Positions 29,964 through 45,574 are shown, numbered from the stretch's first letter. The stretch: DNA of 64,000 bases from the human T2T-CHM13v2.0 reference genome, Homo sapiens (GCF_009914755.1 NC_060926.1); one strand, 5' to 3'. Notes: generated from the letters alone by a model not told the origin. A program made the numbers and translations.

Positions 29964-30260
29964 GGCCTGGCGCGGTGGCTCAGGTCTGTTAATCCCAGCA
30001 CTTTGGGAGGCCGAGGCCAGTGGATCACAAGGTCAGGAGTCGAGACCAGCCTGGTCAAGATGGTGAAACCCTGTTTCTACTAAAATAGAAAAATTAGCCG
30101 GGTGCGGTGGTGGGCACCTGTCATCCCAGCTAATTGGGAGGCTGAGGCAGAAGAATCACTTGAACCTGGGAGGCAGAGGTTGCAGCGAGCCAAGTTTGAG
30201 CCACTGAACTCTAGCCTGGGCGACAGAGCAAGACTCCGTCTAAAAAAAAAAAAAAAAAGA
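29964..30260 (+). mobile_element. AluS-like SINE with 17-bp TSD aagaaatgggaggcact
   Basis: Full dimer, poly(A), exact TSD. Confidence 0.93.
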
Positions 30261-31022
30261 AAGAAATGGGAGGCACTGAGTTTCTGGCTCAGTTTGCTGA
30301 TGCCAGAAATACAGAGATGACTGATCAGTAAAATCCACTAAAAAGTGTGTGACAGGTTTCTTTTTCCTTATATTTTTCTTTTTTAAATACAAAAGTAATA
30401 CCAGCCCACTGAAAATTTGAAAAGTATATGGCATTAAAAAGAGAAAAATAACATCTGATAATCCAACAAGATAAACCCTCTAAAATTTTTCTCTTTTTAA
30501 ATGAATATAGTTAAGCTTGAAATAGAATTTTAAATTTATCTTGATGTTTTACTCAACAACGTAGAAGCATCTTTTATGTCATTATTTTAAGTCACAAGCA
30601 CTTTTAGTGATGATGATTAAAAGAACCATTTGTTTTTTCCTTACTGTTCCCTGTTTTTAGATTTTTGGCTAGTGTCTAATTTTTCCCTGTTATAAATAAT
30701 GCTGAGATGAACAGAATATGTAGATTTCTAATAATTTGCAAATGAACAGCATATGAAAAACATGAGCAAAAATTTTGCAGTTATAATTACTCAACACGTT
30801 TTAAATAAATTACTTTTATTTTGAGCGTTCATTCTTAAATATGTTATAGGAAGTAAGTAAGAAGCATTCCTTACTCCTTAGAATTTTGTTTATAAATTAG
30901 TGATGAATTGGAAAGGGTAGCTTGCCCCTGGAATTCTCTGATAAGCACAGGTGATGAGGAAAATGGAAAAATCCAAGAATTCCTTTGTCTTTCCTTAATA
31001 GTCAGCTTTAAGTGCAGTGCAG

Positions 31023-31041
31023 GCGTGCCCTCTAGCGGCCA
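31023..31041 (-). promoter_or_regulatory. CTCF-like motif TGGCCGCTAGAGGGCACGC
   Basis: Close match to the CTCF core consensus; a second, weaker site AGCCACTAGATGGGGAC lies at ~31092-31108. Confidence 0.6.
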
Positions 31042-31269
31042 AATAAAAAATAAAGAAATACGGGAAACCTTCAGCATTGTAACAATCGCACGTCCCCATC
31101 TAGTGGCTAACGTGTGTAAATGCAGCTTTTCTAATCACAATAGCGAATGTTACTTGATTTATATTTGTCTCATGAGGTGAAGAACTGGGAGGAATCTTAG
31201 AGATCACGTATTTCAACTTCCTCACGGAGTGGCATGCAGGCAGCAGCCTTGGGAACCCCGATTGCCCCT

Positions 31270-32639
<1,370 letters not shown>

Positions 32640-32650
<11 letters not shown>

Positions 32651-32942
32651 GCTAGGGGGTGCCCGGCTGGGGTGGGAGTGAGTGGAGCGGGGCCTGGGGA
32701 GTGGCGGTATATGGGGTGGCGGGGTGTGGAGTGAGTTGGGGGATGGGAGTGGGGAGTAGGGGGTGCATGGGGTGGGGGCGTGAATGGGCTGAGGTGGACG
32801 GAATGAAGGCTTGGGGGGTAGGGGCGTGGACGGTGTGGGGTGGGGAGATGGGGTGAGGGTTCAATGGGATAGAGGACTGGAGGTGGGGGTGAGGGGTGGG
32901 GGTGAATGGGGTGGGGGAAAGGGGTGCAGAGGTGAGGGGGGC
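32640..32942 (+). repeat. G-rich low-complexity tract at the start of ANKRD36 intron 1
   Basis: Many G3-G5 runs on the + strand. Confidence 0.8.
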
Positions 32943-33665
32943 GAGTCCTGTCACCAAAGGGGCTGGACTTTCTTTCCTGGCAGGCTCAGCCGCACCTGGG
33001 ATGTGGAAACCTTGGCGGGGGCGAGCACCCAGGTCATTTTCACAAGCAGCAAAACAAAAACAAAACTTCAGCTGGTTTCCAATCACTCACCATGCTGCTT
33101 CTTTATAAATCATTTTAAAGTGATTTCACTAATAAAATTCAGCATGTACAGCGTTTTATTTTTAACGTGCACATTTTAAAGCATAATGTTACATACATTA
33201 TGGAAAGGTGCATAATGAGAGAAATCATTTCCATAATATATCAACTTCCTGGCTAAAAATTCTTTGGATAAAAATCCAATATTTATTTGATATCAATGGA
33301 CACCTATGTCAATTTGGTTTTCACTGAGGGACCTTAGAGGGAAACTTTGAAGTGGGAAGATGGTCTGTGTTCTTGAATAGAAAGACACATTTTTCTAAAG
33401 TTCTGAGCTCTTTCTGTGTTTATAAATTTTACATAATCCAAATAAAGTTATCAAAGTGTTAACATTTTTGAATTACTCATGCTGTCTTTTACTATTGTGA
33501 CGACATCAAGAAAACTTTTGAAATGGAGTCAAAAAAGACTTGCCTTTCTAGATATGAAAATGTGCTGTTAATTTCCACAAGTTATTTACTAACAGCTGAA
33601 ACAACAAATCAGTGAATGGAACAGGTTAGAAAATCCAGGAACACACCAATATGTGTAAGAATTTA

Positions 33666-33748
33666 TTAGGTTGGTGCAAAAGCAATTGCGGTTTTTGCCG
33701 CAATTACAAGTAATGGCGAAAGCCGCAATTGCCTTTGCACCAATCTAA
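33666..33748. mobile_element. MADE1 (Hsmar1-derived MITE) with TA target duplication
   Basis: ta|ttaggttggtgcaaaag...tttgcaccaatctaa|ta terminal inverted repeats. Confidence 0.92.
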
Positions 33749-34879
33749 TAGAATTGGATAATGGTGACATTTCATATTAGTAGGAAAAGATGAATTACTC
33801 ATAAATGAAGTGCCTGCTAACTATTTGGAGAAATCTGGCTAGATTTTTATGTCACAGAAATAAATTCGTTATGGAATGTAGATTAAAAATTTTAAATGCA
33901 CAAAATAAGAAAGATAACAGAAAAAAACACAAATGCCTACTTATATTGATGCATGTTTATATTCCTACAAATATCACAAGCACACATTCTGAAGGTCGAT
34001 TTAGCAAAATAAAAAAAATCCAGTTTATAAGAAAAAATTAACAAAAGACAATATGTGTATATACATATTAGATAAAAAAGTGATTTTCATTTTACAGAGA
34101 ATTCTTCAAATAAACAAGAACTCTCATTTAAAATAGAGCAAAGCATTTATTTTTCAGATGTTCAAGCAACCTATGCACATGGGAAAAAATATTTAGTGTT
34201 CCTGGGAGGAGAAGGTATTTAAGTTAAAAAAGGAATGAAATACTATTTTCTATCCACAAGTTTGTGAGGGTAAAGGGTAGCAGTACATATACTGCTGTTG
34301 AAAGTTTACATTTCTGATGACTTTTCAAATAGACAATTTTTTGGTAAGTATCACACTGTAAAAATGTATGTGCCCTTCACCCATCAATTCCATTATACTA
34401 AAATATCTCTAGGAAATAGAGATACATGCAATTTGTTTTTCTCAGCACTGCTTAAAATAGCAATGTATTTGGAAAACCCCTTATAATGGATTTTATAAAT
34501 TTTATAAATTTATCAATAAATTTCAGTGCATCCATAGGATGGGACAATATGGGACCTTTGCAGATGTCAGTAGATACAGATGTATGTTGAGGTGTGAAGA
34601 TGTACTCTGAAAAAAAGTTGGTTTGATTATACATACACACAAACAATCTATGGTGTTTGTAAGCCAAATATGTGTACAAAATGTAACATTTCTTCTTTTC
34701 TGGCAGGTGTATTGTGATATTTTCTCTTATCTGTGATGTATAAATGATCAGTATGTTTAAAACTTCTAGTAAATGTTTTTTATTAATGAAATTATCCTTG
34801 GAAAAAGAAGAAATATAAATCTTGCAAAGAAAAAATAATTCTCAGTTTCTATTTTATTTTATTATTTATGTCTTTGTTT

Positions 34880-35172
34880 GTTTGTTTATTTTTGAGATGG
34901 AGTCTCACCCTGTTGCCCAGCCTGGAGTGCAGTGGCATGATCTCGGCTCACTGCAATCTGCCTCTCAGGTTCAAGTGATTCTCCCACCTCAGCCTCCTGA
35001 GTAGCTGGGATTACAGGTGTGCGCCTCCATGCCCAGCTAATTTTTGTATATTTTAGTAAAGACGGGGTTCACCATGTTGGCCAGGCTGGTCTCAGACTCC
35101 TGACCTCAGGTGATCCCCGTGCCTCGGCCTCCCAAAGTTCTGGGATTACAGGTGTGAGCCACTGTGCCTGGC
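34880..35172 (-). mobile_element. AluS-like SINE
   Basis: Reverse-complement Alu dimer. Confidence 0.9.
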
Positions 35173-36616
35173 CTTATTTTTATTTTTTTGTTTATTGGTA
35201 TCTTCTGTGAACTTTTAGCCTCTTCAGAGGCAGAGGGAATATTTTTATTTGTGCTTGATTATTTTATTATGCATAGATTTTAGTACATAAATAGGTTTTT
35301 ATTATAGTTTTATTACATATAAGGAAACAATTTTAAATTAATTATTTTAGTTTATCAGTGTCCTCATGAAAATGAAAATGAGCAAATATAAGTGATTATC
35401 ACTATTCCAAAAGCACTGCTTTAATTTATAGTTTTTTTCATAATAAACTTCCCAACTGTATGTATGCATTCTTTCAATCCAGTTATTCATCAAGCATAAC
35501 CTGAATACCTATTATGTAGCAGACAGATTCCACCATCTCTCAGGACTCTTCCACCCTTAACAACTTCATGTTTACCTGCCCAGCCTGAGCAAGCTGAGAT
35601 TTAAAATGGAAGCGTTAGGACTTAATCCCAGTTGGATCTTTTATTCCTTTTTTTTTTTTTTTTAAACAAAAGCAATTCTGAAGTTAGAAAATAGTGAAAG
35701 ATAACCTTTAACTGCCATTTCAGAAACTTATGACACTCTCAAATACTACTATTAATCGTTGCAAATACCTAATTTACATAACATTCTGTAAGTATTGAAA
35801 AAAATGGGCCATACCTATTCATTTGAATCCTGAGTTTTCTTTGGATTATTTTTTTTTTAAAATTGAAGTGAGAATTACTTTGTTTTAAAAATTTGTTTTT
35901 TTATTTTTGCCTTCTTTTTCCACAGTACTTTATTTAGGTGCCAATTATATGAGTAGAACTGCCTGTTCTATGTACTGTATCCCACTTAATGTAAGGCATC
36001 ACGGATTGGGTGATGCCACATTACTTTATATATCAATAAGATAATGTTTAAAATGTTGCCAGTTATAAATGTAATAAACAATTAATTGTAAACAGTATTC
36101 CAATGTCAGGAGATGTTAATATATAAGAGAATAGTAGCTTATATAAGAGAATGGTGAGAAAATGAGCATCTGAGAATGACTGAAATACAATGATACATCT
36201 AATCTTTAATAGATACCTCAATGTAGATATGATTGTATCATTTTACTTAATTAAAATGTCTTTGTAGGTAGTAATATCTAAAAATTATTGAGCTGTTATT
36301 TGTGTTAGAAAGTGTTCTAAATGCTGTGCATAGATTCTTATGTAAGCATCACAGCAGTGTTCTGTGGGCTAGCTACTATTCTCTTATATATTTTATTGAT
36401 AAGGAAATTGAAGCAAAGAAAGGCTAAATAACAGCTAAGTGACAGAGCTTACAGTAAATTTTAAGCCCCAATTAAACTGAATCCAAAAGCCAAGGCTTTT
36501 CTATTAAATAGCCTGCTCTTTCATTAATGTGGTGAGTAATAAGCGCTAACAAATGTTGTACTTTCTTCACAAGAAAATTACATATTTGTTTTGAAGACAG
36601 AGAAATGACATGCTAA

Positions 36617-36790
<174 letters not shown>

Positions 36791-36940
36791 TGACTCTTTG
36801 AGCATGAGATGGATTTGGTTGAAGTACATAGGATAAAATGAATTTATCTCATTGGAATACCACCATATAACTAGTAGGAAATCCTACGGAGTGTTTATTT
36901 TGATTTTTCAGTATTTGCATGTTTCTCGGTCTAATACTGA

Positions 36941-37120
<180 letters not shown>

Positions 37121-39958
37121 TAGGTCAACCAATGTTATTTTCAAACTATCTGAAATGCATTTATTTTAACATTGACACATGTAAGGGTCAATTTTTCATA
37201 TTTGGAAGCTCAAACATTCCTTGAATGAAAATATTTTGAAATGCCTTAACTGTCTAAGATTTTACTTTAAATATTGGAACTTTTAAAGAAGCATTATAGG
37301 GAACAGCCTTTTTTCATGCACTTATGGTAAATAACTATAAAAACAAATGAATTACAATAAATTTATAATTCATGACAACTGAATTTGGGAAAGGTAATAG
37401 TTAAGTGTTTTTCCACTAAATTACTTTTTTTCTAATCAGTGTGAAGTGACACAGGAAAGTAAAATTGTCCCTTATAAATAGGCTTTATTTTAAATGTCAA
37501 AGAAAATTAAAGAATTTCACAATAAATGTACATGTTGTTGCTGTTGAAAGTGTTGTATGTGAAGGTGATTTCATTTGAAAGTGATTCCTCTGTGGAAAGG
37601 CTTAAGAGGGAAAAATGAAGAAAAGGAGAGCAATCAGAAATGCACAAGCTAATTTGGAAATTAGGTAATGAGGGAAAATACTGTGGAGAGGGTTTTTGTG
37701 TGTTTTGTTGTTTGTTTTCAATTTATATGTTTAGACAAAGATCGCTTCAGTTTTGGGGATGATTATTCTTACTTTGGGAAAGAGTTTGTGAGTTGTGAAA
37801 TTGCCCAGGGATCAATTTTGGTAAGACTCTGAGGAAACCAGGTTGGCAGTGAATAGTGGTGATGAAGCGGCACACAGTTCAGCAGAGAGAAGAACACATA
37901 ATTAATGGACATTATTCAATTCTGGCAGAAACAGCCACTCAGATAAGCATCTAAACTCTACTCTCAAGTCCAGAATGTCTTGATGGGCAGGTGGGAGATA
38001 CGGAGCTTATAAATAGTAAAATCAAGTTGGATTTTGAGCTTACTAGTCTCTTCCCTACCCCTACCCAGGAAAAGTAAATGAAGTCTTCAGTGAATGGCTC
38101 TATCTTTTGCTCTTTCCTCTTTTCGGCCAAATCCCAAACGATAAAGGGAATTTGCCACGTGGGTGAGAAATGAGACTGAAGTGATTATCAACTGTGCTGG
38201 TTCGCAGTTAGAATTGTGCATGGCAGTAACCTGGGGAAATTAAAAGCAAATCTCTAAGTCTAGGATATCCCCTGAAGATTTTAATATGGTAAATCTAATA
38301 TTTACTATTAAATATTACTGGGCATGTATGTTTTAAAATATTTCCTTGAAGCTGGGCATGGTGGTGCCTCTAGCCAGAGCAACAGATTAAGACACTGCCT
38401 CTAACAGCAACAACACAACAACAACAACAACAATAAAACATTTCTTGGGACACTGATACGCTGCTGGTTAAGAACCACTGAATAGATAAGTGTAATATAA
38501 ATTCCCATATCTCAAACACACAAAAAATCTCTAGAAGAGCTGGAGATAGGTGCTGCTTCCTTTAAATTTCTCCTTTCCAATAATATTGGCCTGACTTTTA
38601 CCTGTCTCTACCTCTGTGGTTGGGAAGTGGAAAGGACTATTATTTGCAGTATCTATCAGCATAAGAATAACACCTTTTCTTTGCCACCATCACTTATTCA
38701 CTGCCATTCATAGGGTCATTAGAAATTTGCTATTGTGGACTCTTTTAATAAGTAGAGACTGACTCTTTCAGGACTCTGAGTCTCTTTGTTATCATTCTGG
38801 TGATTAGGTCAATACATCATTATTAAAAGCGGGGTTCTCTCAATTACAATAGCAAAAAATTCTAAACCTTTTTTTAAAGCTGAAGCTCTATTATGGACTG
38901 CCTCAGTATGTCAGTTAAGTACATAGAACTGTGGCATAATCAGGATAGCAGTTTTAAACACTGAAAACCATGAAGTTAGTAAGAATACAAAGAATACATA
39001 TAGGTCATTATTAGAGCTTTAATTGATAAGCCATTGTATTTTTATTTCTGATTTATATTTTCCCTAAAATAAAAAAATTAGGTTACAATATAGAAACTAG
39101 AATTATAATTTAATATTATTTTAATAATTTAGTTGCAGCAGTCTTATGAACTAATTATCCATTTGGTGAACAATCTGGGAAAATTAAACATAAATTATAA
39201 ATGAATGAATGTTGTAAAAGTGCTCAAAGTGGGTATTATGACTCTTAGTAACAATTTTTATTGTATTCTTGGGCCTATTTTGGAAAAAAAAATCTGAAAC
39301 TAAAGAAAGGAAGTATTTTACATGAAAATACTTGTGTTACATACAATTGCTTGGAGACATATCCATAGCAAATATAAAAATACAAGGTATATAGTCCAAA
39401 TGTGTCCCATACATGTGTTTAGTTTGTGTCTACAAATTGTCTCAACATGGAAGGTTTAGGAGACTCGTGCACAGATCTGGATTCCAGGCTTCTCTTCAAG
39501 AATCCAATCTGGTGTCCCTTGAGCCTATCTCAGGTTTTGGATGCTGTGCAGAGGTTGCCCCTTTCTATGAGGCATGTGGTCTCCATTTTGCTACTGTGCC
39601 TACCTAGGTACTTCACTTCCTCAGGTCATCTCCCTTGCCTCTGTAGGGATGACTTTACAAGCCCTGTTTTATAATATATTTTAGTAAATATTTCAAGGTT
39701 TTTAAGACATTTTATATTTATTTAAATGTAGAGTCTATATTTTATATAAATCCTTTGGTAATCGGGTTGAACTTTTGAATTTAGATGGTGGTGTTTTATA
39801 AACTATTTTTCTTTATACATACCATAAATAATCATCTTCCCATTAGAATGCATGTAAGCTTTTTAAGGTGAATCATGGTATGGTTGCATAGGTTATGCAT
39901 ATTGCAGACAACATTATATTTTTCTCTTCAGCATTGCCTCCTAAAAATGCAAGTAATT

Positions 39959-40287
<329 letters not shown>

Positions 40288-41465
40288 TCATTATGCTATA
40301 AATAATTCATATAGGTCATTATTAGAGCTTTAATTGATAAGCCATTGTATTTTTATTTCTGATTGATATTTTACCTAAAATAAAAAAAGTAAGAATTAAT
40401 TGGAAACTAGAATACAAATAGATTTTTAAAGGAGTTATGTACCAGGGTCCTAAGATTATAATTACATAAATATTTGCATCAGGGTCCTAAGATTGTAATT
40501 GAGAATAACATTTCATACAGAGCTTTCTGACAGCTAAGATAAAAATATTACTAGAGAAAACCCATGGACTATTTAATAATAAGCAGTGAAAGTTCACTCG
40601 AAGCCTATCTCTATTAATTCAGAGCCCGGCTCTCCGAATTAAAAAGAGATAGGCTTCAAATGAACTGTCAATCGTGTCAGAATCTCAGATGACAATGTCA
40701 GGTGCTCAGGTGCTCAGGAGCTCCTGACATTGTCACCTGAGATTCTTACACCATCGATAGAAGAGAATGAGGCAAGTGTGTATCACCCAGAGGAAACCTC
40801 TACCTTTACTGGTAAGCTCTCACAACTGTATCCCTGAAACTCTCATTTCTCAAATGTTAACATTCTCCAAAATAAGTATTTACAAATAGGGATTAGGTGA
40901 AGTTCAAAAGATTTCTCAAATACTAGACACATAATGCAGTTTTGTAACATTTTTCAAACATGGGTGATCATGGAGTCTCTCTTTTGGGGTATAATGTTCA
41001 AATTCTGGTAAAGTAAATATCCTTTGGAATATATTAATAGTTTAAGAAACACCGCTCTATAGATAATAATTTAGATCATTAATAAAAATACCTGAAACAT
41101 TTATTACTGTGTCTTAGAGTTTGAGGACATAGAGAAAAAAATACAGCTGCTGCCCTCAAGAAGCTCTTGGTTCAGGTGGGAAACAATTAAATCCTTGAAA
41201 CATGCCATGCTAAATGCTGGGACAGAAGCAAAGATTCTTGGAACTGGGAAATGTTTGAAGTGAGTTTTGGAGATGACCAGAGTTCTTGTGGTGAGGCAGA
41301 GGAGGTTGTTTCCAGGGGAAGGAGCAGAACATAGAAAAGCACCGAGGAGGGAAAAGAAAGGGACTACCTCTTATGACCTTTCAATTGTATATATTGAAGC
41401 TCACAGGATCTTACTTACATAAGGTTTTCAGTTCAGTTGATAAATATGTAATTTTGTGATTATAA

Positions 41466-41603
<138 letters not shown>

Positions 41604-42069
41604 TAGTTCTTATTGTGTCGTTTTTAAACCTGAGTGTCATTTTAGTGTGGTAGCAGTCCCTCAAGTCACAAATATTACATTAATAAGAAGACTAACTTGT
41701 AATTATTGGGATATAGTGAGAAATAACACAGATCATCACTTAGGTAGGAAAACAATTATTTGGACTGAGTAACATAAAGAACAGTGTATAGCAGGATTCG
41801 TCTCTCTCTATAGACATTATACACATAAAAGGCTTCTATATATAGAAAGCTCTGTATATTGATAGATGTTTGTTATTTGTAATATGATGTGGTGTTATTT
41901 ACAATGTAATAATGTGATGCTTTTGATTGTATGATCTTACATTAGCTAAAGGGGTTTCATGTTAGTTTTTCATTTCTACTGTGTTTTGATGTTGTTTTTA
42001 ATTGATATGGGGAGGGGGAGAAAAGATAGCTTTAAATGGATAAAACTTTAATGAAGACAAGCTTTAGGT

Positions 42070-42645
42070 TCACACAGGACTGGGTTTAATCCCTAGCTTT
42101 CCCACTTGCTAGATGTGTGACCTTGGTAACATTACTTATTGCCAAGTATGTTTTCTTCTGTGAAAAGGAGGGTAATAATATATCCTTCAAGGGTGGTTGT
42201 GTGTAAGTAACATTATATATATATATATATATATATAATGTTAGAATGTCCAGCTAACAGAGCAAGGTGCTGATGTTTTGGAAACAATGGCTGAGCATAT
42301 AAGTATGTGCATATATTATATATACACACATATGTATGTAAGAATATAATGTAAGTAACATCATATATAATATATAATATATACAATATATACTTTATAG
42401 ATAATATATAATACACTATATATTATATATTTTATAGATAATATATAATATACAATGTATATTATATATTTTATAGATTATATATACTAATTTTATATAT
42501 ATGTGATATTACTTATACACAACCATCCTTGAAGGATATATTATTATCCTCCATATTTATATATATATATATATAGTGTTTAATTAAATGCCTATCACAC
42601 GCTTATCAGCATCATTAACTGAAGCTATGACTACTACTATTAGCA
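42070..42645 (+). mobile_element. MIR SINE split by a complex AT-rich insertion (~42216-42570)
   Basis: tgggtttaatccctagc...tgtgtgaccttggtaac...taataatat...ggttgtg MIR core; its tail resumes near 42572. Confidence 0.6.
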
Positions 42646-43039
42646 TTCCTATTAATATTATTGTTTTAAGCCTGCAGATAGCTCTTATCTGACCCTTCAG
42701 CTGATTTTGCATTATAATGTATAGTATCATACTAGGGAAGAAATGAATAATTTTTCACTTAAATTTGCCTACTGTAGATAGGTGGCCTGAGCATAGTTTC
42801 TTGCCCATCAAAGGACTTTAAGTTAGCAACTTTATGTCATACCACCCACAGTAGGACAAGAGGCTTCCTTTTTGTTCCTTGCTTTTAACCTTTGTGGTAA
42901 CTTGCAAAGATAAACCCTTGAGCACCCAAGATGCTTGTTTCTTAGTACATGTAATTGGGTTAATTCTACATGGACAGGCAACATATTAAGTTGATAAAGT
43001 ATATAAACTTAGCTTTTAAAATGTCATTAAAGTTTTTAA

Positions 43040-43198
<159 letters not shown>

Positions 43199-44496
43199 TA
43201 AGTCTTTACATAAAAAGGCTAGTGAACACTAAATTGAAGTTTAAAATAATTGTAACAATTGCATCTTATATATCAGGTGAGATTTCATAGTTTGGTTCAA
43301 GTAGTTTTCAAGTGACAAATTTTCAAGTTTTTAAGTTTTCGAGAGTTGTGCAACTTCATCAGCCAGAAATCAAGCAAAAGAAATCAAGAAAAAGGCTAGA
43401 TAAGTAGCAGTAGGTGCAAGATTCTTGATATTGAAACTTTCAGGACTTTTCTCCTTAGGGATTCCAATGTTGTCCATTTTATTTCTAGTATAACCCCTAT
43501 GCATAGGGTAAAGTAGTTTCACATCTTTGATTTTTCTAATTAGTTATTTGGGTCTCAAAATGTCCAGTTTATCAAAAAACCTTGAGCTGTGTACTGGGGA
43601 CCATCTACTATAGCCTGATCATGGAATTTTTCAAGAACCTAAGGGGTTCCCTAAGTCCAAGGAAGACAATCAGTGTCTACAAGTCAGAAGGAGAAGGGGA
43701 AAGGACATTCTAATCATTGCTTTGTTTTCATTGATTCTGTTGCTGCTTTCTTACCATTGAAAGTACTCTTGCAGTCTGGTAGTGATTAACCTTTGCTACC
43801 AGCATGCCCTTTCTGTTTGACATCCCTCAATCTTCATGTTGATCCATAAAAAGGCTTCAAAGTTACAACTGGTTTTTTTTAGTTCAGTTGCACATACTTA
43901 TATGCTCAGCCATTGTTTCCAAAACAGCAGAACCTTGCTCTGTTAGCTGGATATTCTAACTTTATCAACACACATACGGAGCAAATTGACACTTTCACCC
44001 ACACTCAAAACCTGATGTAAAGCCCACATTTTAACCTGGGCTTCTAGACCTTCATGGTGAGTTATTTTTTGAGTCCCTTTTTTTTCTCTTTAAAGCAAAT
44101 ATTAGTTGGGATAGTTCTAAACTGTCAGAGATATTCAAATAATGTTGTAGAAAGAGATCACAGTGTTCTTCTTTATTGCTACCAGATCTGTACCCTGAGA
44201 CTTTTTATATAAACAGCGTAAGAGCTTTTCTCAGGTAGTGGAAGCTTCTATGCCATCCTTCCTTAGAGTAGTAGGTATCAACTTGTGGTTGGCCCCTCAA
44301 GTGATCTGTTATCTATAATAATGAAGATCTCTCAAGCTGCTTGCATCAGTATCTCAAGTTTATAAAATATTTTCGGATTCTATTTCACAGGAAGCCATTC
44401 ATCGGAATTATCTGAGTCTCAAGTTTGTTAGTTAGATTTAACAGAGCTAACCCTCATCTATGACTTATCAGCAGTTATATGTAAAAGTAAGGCTTT

Positions 44497-44573
44497 GTGC
44501 TTGCTTTGGCAGCACAAATACTAAAATTGGAACAATACGGAGAAAATTAGCATGGTGAAGCATTTCATATTTT
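44497..44573 (+). pseudogene. U6 snRNA pseudogene with a ~28-nt internal deletion
   Basis: gtgcttgctttggcagcacaaatactaaaattggaacaatacggagaaaattagcatgg-(deletion)-tgaagcatttcatatttt aligns to U6. Confidence 0.9.
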
Positions 44574-45574
44574 GCAGTCACGGGAAGGTCATTTGACTGT
44601 TTGCTGGCTAGCTAAGTCATAGTTTGAATCAAAACAAAATGGGTGGCCCCTTATATTAGAATTGTGATTTTTCACTACAAAAACATTTGTGTAAGGTGAT
44701 CTATAAACTGAGAATGGAGATAAGTAACACATGGGGTGTTGTGTAAATATTTTGTTAGTATGTATCTTGGAAATGAGAAAATGTCAACTTGCATCTACTT
44801 CATGGAACTTAAAAAAAATGAAAGTAGGGTTTTGTCTTCCATGTCAGTTGGAGATAACATCACTGATGGAGATGAACCATCATTCTAGCAAACATCTGCT
44901 CATTCAGTTAGAGTCTGTAGAGAAGTAATAGTGGTAGCCCAAGCCAGATCTTGACATCTGTTAGTTTTCTGCCCTTGGAATTGATGAGCTCAATAATAGT
45001 TAACAATCGTGTTACCTATTTTAATGAAATAATGTATTCATAAGTTATTTATGAATTATGAAATAGTTGAGATAACCTGAATTATAAGCCACAAATAATA
45101 GAACAATAAGCAAAATTAGGACTTAACATTTTTCTTAAACTGAAGCATTTGAATATTAGAACCTATGAAAAAATACACATTGGGTTTGATTTGGGATTTC
45201 AAAATAGTTTCAGCAATAAATTTCAAGAACAAACTCCACTGCTTTACTATTTCTCTGTGAATGTTAAAAATGCTGCTTCATTAAACCTATATAACAACCT
45301 AGTGAAAGAAGATAGTAAAATCTAGAAGAAGACATTGTGCCTAAGAGAAGCAACTTGTTTAAGAGCAAATACCTGTTGGCTATAGAGCCAGGACCTTCCA
45401 GTAAGAGCCAGGAAGGTGACTTTCCATTATGTCAAGCTGATGTGAGATAGTTTGCTGAGCTATACTGCCTTCACTTCATGAGTACTTCACCTGTTTTTAT
45501 TATTTAATTAGAAAGGTACTAAGAAGTTTGTAGAGCTTACAAAAGAGAAGTGTATAGGATAATTAACATCCTGA

